Positions 44,831 through 59,444 of a stretch of 64,000 nucleotides of DNA are shown piece by piece. The stretch spans positions 334,118,001 through 334,182,000 of the forward strand of contig OZ024743.1 in assembly GCA_964016885.1 (NCBI GenBank). The letters run 5' to 3'. Origin of the DNA: Eledone cirrhosa (taxonomy: Eukaryota). Both the position numbers and the translations under genes were made by a program. The stretch's first letter is position 1; the number at the start of each line of letters is the position of its first letter. Under the pieces are notes generated by a model. The model saw only the letters and a list, made by a program, of their open reading frames with translations. It was not told the origin of the DNA and did not search any database.

Positions 44831-45953
44831 CCTATTTATCTCTCTTCGGACTGCTATTGGGATTTGGACTTTGTTGTTGTTATTGTTGTTCGTGTCCGAA
44901 GATAGATACATTGGTAAGTATACATAATTAGATAACTATAGAATGACACTCAGACAGTCATGTAGACAGACAGATAGACAGATAGACAGGTAGATTGAGA
45001 GAATGTAGATAGATATATAGATATGTAGGTAGATAAACAGGTAGGTAGGTCGATAGATAGGAAGGTAGAGAACGCTACCTAGATAGATAGATATGCATAA
45101 ATTGATAGGGAGCTGGGTAGGTAGATAGATAGAAATATAGGCAGAGAGATACATATAAACAGAGATAGATAGATAGATATATTTCCCGTGGTGTAGCGGT
45201 CCGACTAAATAAGTAGCAAACTTTAAAAAAACCCAATAAATCTCTTTATATTTGTATTCCAGCGTGGCCGATCGCTGATGAATATAACAAGTAAAAGGCA
45301 AACAGTAAAACGGACATCATCAAGGTGCATCCGTTGTAATATGTGGTTTCTATATTAATCTTTATATATGCATCTCTATACATGCATAAATCTTATTCTG
45401 GAAAACAAAACTAATATTTAGGGTTAATTACAGCTGAATCGTAAAATGCGTCTAGACTGATCTATTGTTACAACAAGGAAATATTTAGTTTTATATTAAT
45501 ATTTTTCACGTTTAATACAAAGAACAAATTTTTGTGTCCTTTCAGTCGAGATGTCATTGTTGGGTTGGTGGGAGCTGTTGCAATGGAGTTTTACACTTGA
45601 CTGCTATTGTTTAAAAGGAATACTATCAGAATACACAAGTTAACACACGGAAGCGTAATTATATTCTTATTACTTAAAGAATAAATATATTTCCCAACAT
45701 AAATCAATATGATTTTAGAATGAAAATCAATATAACCGAGGAAGAAAATATGATATTATATAATGTGAAACTACTTTATCATGTTTTTAGCTTCATTAAC
45801 AAGTTTGATGAGCTGGAGTCGGGTCTATAACAGGAATATAGACCTTGAACCAATCATCTGTGAAACATATGCCTTAGCATTGAATGCTTATATTAGTATC
45901 ATCTCAAGTAACCCACAAAGTTATTGAACTTATCGAATAATATATATATATAT

Positions 45954-46381
45954 ATATTAATAAGAGGAATTCCAACTTTGTCTGATTTACTCGTTTTATT
46001 TACAATCCTTTAAAATTTATAATGGTATTATAATGAAATAGTATGATAGAATATTAAATTCTAAGTCTTAATTGAACAAGTACTTTCATGCTTTCGCAAT
46101 CTTCAGGTTCATAATATGTGGTGACAGTCAAGTTTGCAATTTTCAACAGTTGAAAATTGCAAACTTGACTGTCACCACATATTATGCACCTGAAGATTGC
46201 GAAAGCATGAAAGTACTTGTTCAATTAACACTTAGAATTTAATATTCTATCATACTATTTCATTATAATACCATTATAAATTTTAAAGGATTGTAAATAA
46301 AACGAGTAAATCAGACAAAGTTGGAATTCCTCTTATTAATATAATCTTCTATACACAATCATACACACCCGTGTATATTTA
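45954..46381. mobile_element. Fold-back of the family-B pLTR (arms 45954-46147 and 46149-46343, tail to 46381)
   Basis: 1-nt spacer at 46148 and a hammerhead in both arms. Confidence 0.88.
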
Positions 46382-46389
46382 TCTATCTA

Positions 46390-47535
<1,146 letters not shown>

Positions 47536-48066
47536 ATTATATATGTTTATATGTATAGACATTGAAAAAATCACTGCGTACTTCGTCGGTGGCAAATTCA
47601 AAAGAATGAATCACGTGACATCGAGGTTAATCAGTGAGGAGCGGGGTGTTAAGAAGACAGTAGCCGAACTATTACTATGAACTATCGTAGCAGTTTTGGC
47701 AAATTTTTTGATTTTCAATGTCTTGGAACTTAGTCCACGCTTGCTTTTTTTCCATCCACTGAATTATTTTTGTATAAGCTCCCTGTGTCCACGCATTGCC
47801 TGGGAACTTAGCTGAGAATAGACTTCCCTGATGACGAAAGGCCTTCTCCATGTGTTCCATTCGAAAACCATGTTTATTCCCTTTCAGAAACTAATTAGTT
47901 GGAGTGAAATTTTAGTAAGTTAATTTTTATAATTTTCTTATTTTACGTCTTTCATATAATTGTTCTGCATCCCCTTGCATTGAACCACAAAGTTACTAAG
48001 ACAAAACCTATATATTTGCTAGCATAGGTATGCATATGTATATATATGTTGGTAGATATACTAATT

Positions 48067-48108
<42 letters not shown>

Positions 48109-48112
<4 letters not shown>

Positions 48113-50018
48113 CAAGAAAGAAGATTGATATGGTTCGCTATACAATAAGGGCTTTATTCACATTGCTGACAATCTTTGATCTGGCAGGTCTAAAGTTCGC
48201 TATACACCTGATTTTGGGCCAATTGACTCCAATACTTTGTTTATAACCATTCTGTTACATCGGAGCGGGTGAAATGAAGAATACCTCTAGGAAAGATATC
48301 CCACTCATACGCAACATAGCACCAAACACAAAACACAAACTCATTACAGTATCACAACCGAAAACGCACATGAACACACCACAGCAAAACTTCAATAGGC
48401 ATGAATCACAACCCACATATAATAGCTTACAAAACCGCAATGTAAAAGCTGCACAGAGTAATACCCCGAACTGCAACTGTCACCTACCGGATAAGTGCCT
48501 ACTAGCGAATAGGTGCCTTGATTCGGGCCTAGTGTACATGTATACTATAAACTCGGGCAACTCCACTTGGCACTACATTGGATCCACCACGGGTGCTTTT
48601 TAAAAAAAGATGGTATGTACACAGACATTCAATGAAGAACCGTGCACTGATAAATTCTACAACCCTCGCCAATAACATCTGGCAACTTAAGGACAAAAAC
48701 CTTGATTATAATATTAGCTGGTCGAAATTGGAGACCGCAAAGACATATATCAGCGGTATATCCTACTGCTGGCTCTGTAACCTTGAATTGCTGCATATCT
48801 TAAGGAACGATAAAATGCTACTCAACAGCAAAATAGAAAGGTCAATTTTCTGCAGACATAGGATTGCTACAAAATTCGCGAGATTTAAACCACCGTGATT
48901 CGAACCAACACCACTTAGCTTTTAACATATGAAATCCACCTTCTTACACAGTCCAATACGGAACTATAATCTAGAAATACCTTATAGCCTCCCTAATTCT
49001 ATCCCACTAGAAGATGTCTACAACTAGCTTATCAGCCCATAAATCAATCATACCATCGCTGTTACCTACTACTTCGGACCAAGGATTTATATCTCTCATT
49101 AGCACTCATGATCTCTAACAGACGAACCTAATTCTAAGTACATTATCTTATTACTCCTACACCCCTTGAAATCTCACTTTGCTCTTATTATTCTTATTAT
49201 TCTTATTATTATTATTATGAACATCTCAATATAGCCCTAATATTATTCATCATGTTCTATATACCTACCATGCACATTTTACTACTTTACTACCTTCTAT
49301 TATTGTTGTTATCACTATCTTATTTATACACGACTTGTTATTGATGCTGTGAAAACTAAACCCCCACAATTAGAACTAACAATCCCTACCTTTTGTATAG
49401 GCCACTTAAATAACGAATCTACAACTCTATTTAACACCACATAAAAATTATCATCATCACTAAATTAATCAAGCGAAAATGTTTATCTGTCAAATAATAA
49501 AAAAATAAAAAGTAAATCTCCGGTTTATTGCTAGAATACCCACAGTACAGTGGATACCTCATAAATTCTGTCTCCAAGTACATCTCAGTGGTTACTGTTA
49601 TCTAGTCGTTACCCTATCACTATATCTAATGTACCCTGTAGCAGTTTTCACATGTCAATTTCATACATCTGTATCATATCAGTCTGTTTAACATGCTAGA
49701 TTCTCCATTATACTCTATCTCTTACTTACATTGATGTTATTATTTTAATTGTCTGCTATCTAGTTATTTTATTTTATCATTGATATTATTGTTCTGATTT
49801 AATACCACACCTATATAAAAACCATGCCTTATATATTTTCTTCATTTCACCAGCTCCGATGAAAAATACTGGTTATAAACAAAGTATTGGAGTTCGATTG
49901 GCGCAAAATCAGGCGTATAGCGAACTTTAGACTTGCCAGATCAAAAAAATAATTGTCAGCAATGTGAATAAATCCCTTATTGTATAGCGAACCATGTCAA
50001 TCTTCTTTCTTTAATTAT
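48109..50018 (+). mobile_element. 5'-truncated Hydra-like PLE (GIY-YIG 48274-48898) with inverted pLTR arms 48109-48282 and 49838-50018
   Basis: CNCHLPDKCLLANRC, LVYMY..HYIGST, FKKRWYVH, CWLCNLE, CRHR. Confidence 0.88.
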
Positions 50019-50412
50019 TGGCCGGGCGCACCGAAAACGATATCGTTCTCGGTGCGCCCGGCCGATTAACTCACTCGATATGCAAATTAGGTTGCTCAGC
50101 CGTTAATATGCATAACGAAAGTATATACTTTCAGACGTTCGATCATCTGGCAGGAAGGTATACGGTGCTGATGATAGCTAATAAGCTTGAAAACTAGTAC
50201 AACGTTCCTTTGTCAGTGTTGAACAAAAGGACAACGGTGGTTGCTAGACACTGTACGGCTTAATTTGGGATGTTTGTTTACAAACAAACCGAGCATTATA
50301 ATAAATTTTCGGTGAATCCATACGTACATATATATATATACATGTGTGCATGTATGTATATATATACATACTACTGTACGTCTGTGTACATATATGTATG
50401 TACGTATACATA

Positions 50413-50454
<42 letters not shown>

Positions 50455-50577
50455 AGCTTTCATTTCACTGTTTCTCGCATTCTATGTATTTAGAGTTTGC
50501 TTCTTTTTTTTTCCTAAAAATCTAAAGTCGGTCTCGAGTGCTTATCCCTGTTTCCATGGCGTGAAGTACAAAACTAA

Positions 50578-50615
<38 letters not shown>

Positions 50616-52480
50616 AAATCCTTACCGCGGCGCCAAGCCGAAACTGCTTGGCGCCGCGATCGAGATTTTATATATCTCTATACCCACTCTGCATCTCCCC
50701 ATGTATTGAGTACTCCCATGATTAGTGGTCTTTCTCTCTGTCTCTCTCTTGGTTATCTATATTGCGGATAGTTTATCCACAAAAAATGTTCTAATAAAAG
50801 AATTATTTAACTAAAAGTATTGGTTTTGTACTTCACGCCATGAAAACTGGCAACCCCGACTAAACTGGCAACCCCACCAAGGTTTCTTGGTGAGGAGGGT
50901 GACTTTGGACATCCTGCAGGACTAAAAACAAAACCTATCAAAGGGCAAAGGAGCTCTTAAGAGTCAATGGCCATCCAAAATCACCAGGAGAGATGACCCC
51001 TTAGCCTTTGTCAAGGCAGAATTCTAGGAGAAGGAAAACTCTGATATAACACCTGCAACCCTGATGGTATCCAGTGATCTTGACTTGTTCTTCTTTTTGG
51101 TAAATATCATCTTGGTTAAGAGAGTGGGACTGGCTTTGTCCAGTGCCTTTGCTCACTATAAAAGCTTCACGGCATGGATATAAAGTAGTGGCCGTACTCG
51201 AAAACGAGTTGGCAGCCACCATGTATGTATGTATGTATGATGTATGTATGAATGCATATATATAAATAAATATGCATGCATGTATGTATGTATGTATGTA
51301 TGTATGTATGTATGTATGTATGTATGTATGTATGTATGTATGTATGTATGTCAAAGGGCAAAGGAGCTCTTAAGAGTCAATGACCTTCCAAAATCACCAG
51401 GAGAGATGACCCCTTAGCTTTTGTCAAGGCAGAATTCTGGGAGAAGGAAAACTCTGATATAACACCTGTAACCCTGATGGTATCCAATGATGTTGACGTG
51501 TTCTTATATTTGGTAAATATCATCTTGGTTAAGAGAGTGGGACTGGCTTTGTGCAGTGCCGTTGCTCACTATAAAAGCTTCACGGCACAGTCATTGCTTT
51601 ATATCTGGATATCTCTCTGCACTTGTCGTCACATGGTACCATGGGCCCAGCACTATGTGTCAATAATTGTCACAAGTGTAGTGTTTGTACCAGAATTTTC
51701 AAGTCGCTGGTTGGACTAAAAAGTCACACTCGTTCAGCGCATCGGTAGGGGTTCTCCTACATGGATATAAAGTAGTGGCTGTACTCGAAAACGAGTTGGC
51801 TGCCACCATGTATGTGTATATATATGCATGCATGTGTATGTATGAATGTATGTATGTATGCATTTATGTATGTATATGTGTATGTATGCATACATGTATG
51901 TATGTGTACAAGTAAATATGTATGCATATATGTATGTATGTATGCATGCATTTATATATATGTCTGTAAGTACTTATGTGTGTATGTAAATATGCTTGTA
52001 TTTATGTATGGATATATATATATATATGCATGTATGTATATATATATATATGTATGGATTTATGTGCGTATAAATGTATATATGTATGCTTGTATATAAT
52101 TATCAGCGTTTGTGTGTGTGAGTTTGTATGTACGTGTTTGTGTGTATGTATGCACGTATGTAATTATATGTATGTATGTGTGTAGATGTGTGAGGGGGAG
52201 GAGAGGTGAGATGCTTTAACTTAATCATTCACTATCCCCCCCTTTCTCGATCTTAAATGTTATTTTTTTCCATGTTTTTATTTCTATTAAGCTTCCTTGA
52301 AAGAGAACAAAGAGCAGTTTTAAAATATTCCAGTATTTTGTACAATAAAAATGCTTTTCCCTGGATACTTAAAATAGTTTTTAACAGACAGGCAACCAGT
52401 TTCTATACATATGCATAGATATATATACATATATATGTGTGTATATATATATATACATATGTGTGTGTGTGTATATATAT

Positions 52481-52553
<73 letters not shown>

Positions 52554-52692
52554 AAAAGGTTCAGAACCCCGACGGCAGAGCTCAAGCTGTTTCGACGGCT
52601 ATTTCTGGACTTCCTATTACCCACTCTACTATCCAAAGTATCGAGTACTTTGGTACGTTATGGTCCACCTGGTTCCTTACCACACTTCCTTC

Positions 52693-52756
<64 letters not shown>

Positions 52757-52909
52757 CAAATAAGACCCCGACGGCTGAGCTCAAGCCGTCGAAACGGCTT
52801 GAGCTCAGCCGTCGGGGTCTTATTTGTTCCTATTACCCACTCTACTACCCTAAGTATTGAGTACTTTGGTGCGTTATGGTCCACCTGGTTCCTTACCACA
52901 TTTCCTTCG

Positions 52910-52953
<44 letters not shown>

Positions 52954-53147
52954 AATTAGAATTACACACTTTTACAAATTATCTCCTGTGATTGTTTCAT
53001 ATGCTTATTTTAGATATATTTATATGTCAATCAATTTCTAATTTGATATAAAATGCTCGAATTTATTCATTAGAATCTTGGAGCATATTTTACGGGTAAT
53101 ATGGCGCATGTCTATCTGACATGACACCCTTAATTTAACTTAATTTT

Positions 53148-53187
<40 letters not shown>

Positions 53188-56100
53188 ATAATATGTAAAG
53201 GCGCATGACTATGATGGAAAATAACAGTCCAATATGTTGCATTGTACAGGGAGTTCGAACACTAAACTAAAGAGTTGCGAAGCGATAATCCTCTCCACAC
53301 AGTCAAACCTTCATCCATAGATACTTAGAAATCTATCATTAGGAAATATGTTGAAAATTCCTGACAAGCACAATATATCTCTATACATTAAATACTTGCT
53401 CAGGCAAGCATAATGAAGTTACACCTTGTTATATATTGTGATATATCAAATCAAAATTCGTTCTTTCTTTTGTCGTACAAAAGTTTCTCATTCCTAAAAG
53501 GTTTAACTGGTAAATGGAAACAAATTCATCAAAGTTTTCTGTTTTCTTTGTGTGTGTTTCTTTTTAGTTCTTTTTAGTTCAGTCAGTTTTATTCTGTGAT
53601 CACAGATGAATTGTTTTCTCTATTTCTAAAATATAAAAGAAACATTATTTAAACAGAAGCAATAACTGGATAACCCAGTGACTTTCACATGAAATCACTA
53701 ATGAACAAATATTGTAACAAATGTGTTTATATGCGTTAGAATGACCATGAATATCAAACTATACTATTCAGTTACAAATTAGATTTCTAGTATCGTTTAA
53801 TCAGAAATCCGAAAAATAATAGATTTATCTAAAAGAAGAAAAAAACTGGAATTATTTGCAAATGAAAAAACAAAAAACAAAACCAAAAACCAAAACAATA
53901 CCCCACCCCCGTAAAAAACAACAACAAAAAACGTTAGATACCGAAATGTTATGGTCACTCAGTCACTCATGTAAACAGAGATTTCATATGTGAATATTTG
54001 TTTGGAGTCACAGGCAGCCCTGCAGTAATAATAGTTTTTTATTTAGGCACAAGACCAACAATTTTGAAAGGAGGAGACAATGATTAAATAGGCCCAGCGC
54101 ATTACTGGTACTATATTTTATCCAACCCACAAGGATGAAAGTCAAAGCAAACCTCGGCGGAAAGTGAACTAAGAACGTAATGGGACGTAACTCTATGCCA
54201 CGAAGCATATTGTCCGATGCTCTACCGATACTGCCAATCCACCGCCATCGGCTTGTAGTGTTAATAAAATCACCGCTAGGTTCATGATCGTAAAGTCATG
54301 AGTTTGATTCCCAGTGGCTCGTTGTGACCCTGAGTAAAACACTTTATTTCACGTTGCTCCAATACCCCGAACTGGAAAAAAAATGAGTTTTTAAAAGATC
54401 AACGGAGACAACCTAGAAAAGTTACTGATTTTCCAGCTCTCCCGCTTATTCCAGCCCCCTATTATTTGGGACCCGTGAGTACATGTATTAATTGTTTCTA
54501 CTTTTGACACAAGGTCAGCAATTACCCAGTACATTCCTGGTACTTTATTTTATCGACCCCGTAAGGATGAAAGGCAAAGTTAACCTCGGTGGGATCTGAA
54601 CTCAGTCCGCAAAGGGACGTTACTCTATGCTGCAATGCTTGGTGTCCGACTCTCTACCGATACTGCCAAACAAAACATGATATTACGACTTTATAATTTT
54701 CAATGTGATAAGCATTTGTCTGTGACAATACGGACAGTGCTATTATCATCCTAATATGAAGTCATGTTGTCCTAAACCTAAAGAATACCCCCATAAAAAT
54801 CCCTACAACAACAAGAAAACAACAAGAAACAAATTACATATACTTTCTGCAGAAATCCTGTATCAAGCAGTATTCTAACATATATTTCCATATTTGTAAT
54901 AACATCAGAATAACCATTAATATAACTGCATGAAGAGTTTATGAAATATAGTTTTTTTACTTTGCTTTTATCTCAAAAGATTGCAATAAGAAGAAGAAAT
55001 AGAAATAATGTGAAATATTTAGTCTCAACTATTATGTTCCTACAAAATTGCCAATGGGTAAAAATAGGAATTCAGATAGAATTAATAACCTTTAGCTGTG
55101 GGAAGCCAATGCACTTGTCATTTAAGGTGAGAAATGTATCTGCTTTAGAAAAAGTATACTACAAAGCTAGAAAGAACAGCATGGAAAAATAATGGAAATA
55201 ATACAGTTCTTCATTCTCTGATGACAAGATATAAATTGAAAGGAGATAATTCTATATTGAAATCACCATTACTTTAAACGATGTTAATCACGTAGGAGTT
55301 CTGTTTCCCTTTCTCTTTCCGACACAGCTGATAAAAGAATATATGTTTCGATAAAAGCTCTACATCTATTTTGTTCTGCAGTCATATCACTTTCTCTGTA
55401 CAACATCATTTTTTGTATCTTGTACTCGTAGCTTTTCTTCGAAAAGTAGGAGGCGAATAGAGCAAGATTTCATTTTCCTGGAATAGAACTTTAACTTATT
55501 CACCCAACAAAGAACTTATCATTATGTCCACTAAAGAATTTTTAGTTTAGATTCCCCGCAGGACAACAAGCAAGTTCGTTGATTGATTGTTTTTACCATT
55601 ATATCCAAAGTTGTTACCAGCATAAGATATATAAAATGCAAAGGAAATGGTAGTTTTTGTCTAAAACTTTTATCTTCTGCTCTGCTCAACCTTTGTAAAA
55701 GATGGCGAGCAGTACATGTCTAGTTTGCATGCCCGTGAGTGTTAAGAATGAGATTTGTTTCTCTCTAATCCCACCTTACACTTCAACCCACTTCTTATTA
55801 TGGTTGCCTGTGTTAGTTGATATTTGATTGTTATGAAACAGGTTTTTATTGTATTGATCTCTATGCGAAAAAGCACATAATGATGGGGACAAATTAAATA
55901 ACAAAATCCCAATCTAAATTCATTAACTATTGTATGTAACAATAACGGTAGATAACTTTCTGATTACCTTTAAGATAACATAATAGAGGTTCATTCTTTC
56001 CAGAATTCTGAAGAATTTACTGGCGTTTGTAGCTATATTTTCTTTATCTTTTATATTCTTAAAAAATCAAACAGTGCCGCAGAGAAATATCTCTGTCTAC

Positions 56101-57397
56101 CATTAGTTTATGGCGTGTTTCTTTGAGTATTAAATTCTTTCTTACTAAATCTCTTGCATCCATCTTTATTTTATTGTTCGCTTTCATACAAATGGTTTCT
56201 ATCTGGCCCAGAATGGGCTTAGATCGTTTTCAACGATGCGTGTTCCAGTTGTTCGATCACCAGAACAGCAAGCTAATGAAATTAACATGTAAGTGGCTGA
56301 GTATTCGACAGACACGTGTAACCTTAATATAATTCTCAGGGAGATTCGGCGTGATATAGTATGTGATAAGGATCAACATCTGAATTACAGCTATAGTCAA
56401 TCCGATACTTAATGACTGCGAAGTGAACACTTTCACTTTTGAGCCACATTGTACCCACACTACCTTCTCAGTTTACGTAAAAAACAACAACAAAAAATAA
56501 ACCAAAATTAGAATTTTGTTTTTCGCTCAACATCGCGGATATGTAAATATATTCAGTATGCAAATTAGGCTAATCAGCCGATATATACTTTAGAGAACAC
56601 TATATAATGTCAAGAGTTCTAGTGAGTGACAGAAGATGAACACAATCTGGACAAAGAGCAATAATCCAGAAACACTGGTTTCTTATATAGGCACATATAC
56701 GTATATGAATGTGGGGGAGGGAAAAGTCAATTAAATCGACCCCAGTGCGTGACTGGTACTTTATTTTATCGACCCCGTAAGGATGAAAGGCAAAGTTAAT
56801 CTCGGCGGGATTTGAACTCAGATCATAAAGGACCGTAACTCTAAGCTGCAAAGAATGGCGCCCGACCCTCTACCAATACTGCCAATCCACTACGCTGATA
56901 ATCCAAAAATAATAATTGCTTCTACTTTTGGCACAAGGCGATAAATGATCTCAGTGCATTACTGGTACTTTATTTTATCGACCCCGTAAGGATGAAAGGC
57001 AAAGTTAACCTCGGCGCGATGGTCGTCTAAAAAATATAACGTAATGAGGTTGTTGACTTGCAAACAAATTGAATAGAATTGGCAGTATAAGTAGAGGGTT
57101 GGACGCCATGCTTTCCAGCATAGTTACGTCCCTTCACGGTTTGAGTTCAAATCCCGTCGAGGTTAACTTTGCCTTTCATCCTTACGGGGTCGCTAAAATA
57201 AAGTACCAGTAATACACTGGGTATTTGCTGGCCTTGTGCCAACAGTAGAAACAATTATTATTCGATATAAAAACTCAGGAAAAACCCAAACGTTTTTCAC
57301 GATATCTTAATAACTACAATCCTTTCCTTTCAAAAATTAATTTCTTATGACTATAATTTCTCTTATAAATATAATCCGTTTTCTGGATTCCTCCACT

Positions 57398-57480
<83 letters not shown>

Positions 57481-57925
57481 CACACACACACACACAAACA
57501 CAACAACAAAACAACGTATTTTAAATTATATTCTGCTGTTGATTGACTGAAGTTAATGAGTTAAACAGACAGTACGCAGGCTGCTAATCAAAAATTACAA
57601 ACATCCTTCTAATCAGAGCCCCGTCTACAGAACCCTACAATATTCAGAATGACCGTTTGGGAAAAAATTCAGTATTTTATCAGAATTCTTACCATTAGGG
57701 CGGTGGATTGGCAGTGTTTGTAGAGTGTTGGACACCATGCTTTTCGGCATATAGTTACGTCCCTTTACGTTCAAATCCCGCCGCCCATTTGTCAGCTTTG
57801 TTAGCTTTGTCTTTAATCCTTACGGGGGTCAATAAAATAAAGTACCAGTAACGCACAGGGGTCCATTTAAACGACTTCCCCACCCCACCAAATATTGCTA
57901 CCCTTGTGCCTAAATAAGAAAGCAT

Positions 57926-57996
<71 letters not shown>

Positions 57997-58053
57997 ACAC
58001 ACACATACACACACACACATACACACACACATATATATATATATATATAAAGA

Positions 58054-58563
58054 TTCAGGACCCCGATGACTCAACTCCGGCCGTTTCGACAGCTAGATCC
58101 GAACTAAGCCAGCAATATTCCGGACTGCTTATTTCACCCTGAATGACCATAAATCCGACTTCGACCGCAAACCATCTATCAGGCTTATAAACCCGACGAA
58201 GTCGGATATAGGGATGATGAGTAAAAGGATTCTGGATCGCGTTATACCAAAAGTCAAGCAAAACGTGAGGCTTAGCCTTTGGGTTAGCACTCAGGAAGTC
58301 ATCTGGTTTAAGAATATCGAGGATAAAAGGAATACCACTTCGATACCAGTTCGATATTCAGAACTACTACGCTTCTATTACCCAACCACTCCTTACAGCA
58401 GCTTGGGATGACGCCAAAACTATTACACCCATTACAGACCAGGAAATTGAAATCATATTCCATGCCAGGAAGGCCGTTTTGCTCTTTGAAAACTCTAAAA
58501 TGCGGTATGGTCACCTGGTATCTTACCACACCTGGTATCTTACCACACCTGGTATCTTACCAT
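58054..58563 (+). mobile_element. Internally deleted family-A PLE: inverted pLTR stub, RT N-terminal fragment, pLTR end with 3x17 bp repeat
   Basis: YFTLNDHKSDFDRKPSIRLINPTKSDIG matches 14480-14580. cacctggtatcttacca occurs three times at 58512-58562. Confidence 0.82.
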
Positions 58564-58800
58564 AAGAATCAAACATTCATGATTTTCAGCAAACAGGTGG
58601 AGTACTTGGCTTTGATAAGTACGAAACATAGCTTTGTCAGCTTTATCTCCCCTGTTTGCTGAAAATCTAAAGTAAGTGAGATTGTCACTACTCTAAAACA
58701 ATAGCGTAAGGTCTTCGAAATGCTTTTAATTAAGCATACAGTGTATTGCAAAATACACTATATATACATTCATATATATATCGCTATTTCAGAGCGCCAA

Positions 58801-58837
<37 letters not shown>

Positions 58838-58900
58838 CTGTAGAAGCTTTTATATATATATATATATATGCATATATACATGTATACATGTATACATATC

Positions 58901-58977
<77 letters not shown>

Positions 58978-58988
<11 letters not shown>

Positions 58989-59160
58989 TGAGGATGTCCG
59001 TGTGTGTGTGAGTTCGGATCCCAAAAACTCGAGAACCACCCAACCGACTGTTTTCAAACTTTACACATGTAATACTTATGTTTCAGGAAGTGTTCTGAGC
59101 AAAAAGAAATTTCAAATTTCAAAAGACCGCGTGAGGCGATTTAGTGATCTCGCTCTATAA
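58978..59160 (+). mobile_element. Probable Helitron 5' fragment
   Basis: The start tatataaaactg.gg.tgtc.gt.tgt resembles 8755-8785. No 3' CTAG found. Confidence 0.4.
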
Positions 59161-59444
59161 TTCTTATTCTTTCACGTTTTAGATAGATACATACATATAA
59201 CGTCGCACCCTTATATTATCTGTCTGTATGTCTGCCTGTCTGCATTACGTCAGCAATACTACGCTTAGCTAAGGCTGTTATATATTTCACACAACACTAA
59301 AAATGAAAGCCGGTAACTATGTATTAGTCAGTCTTTTCTTCATACCGTGAGCAAAGAAAATCCAACTTTTAGTGGAGCGAGTGAAATAAAGTCAACCCTG
59401 CTGCGATTCAAAAATCAGGTTTGCAGGTTATATATTTCATACAA

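Noticed and set aside
47675-47860. 61 aa minus-strand ORF in unique-looking DNA
   Set aside because: No recognisable motif or supporting gene structure.
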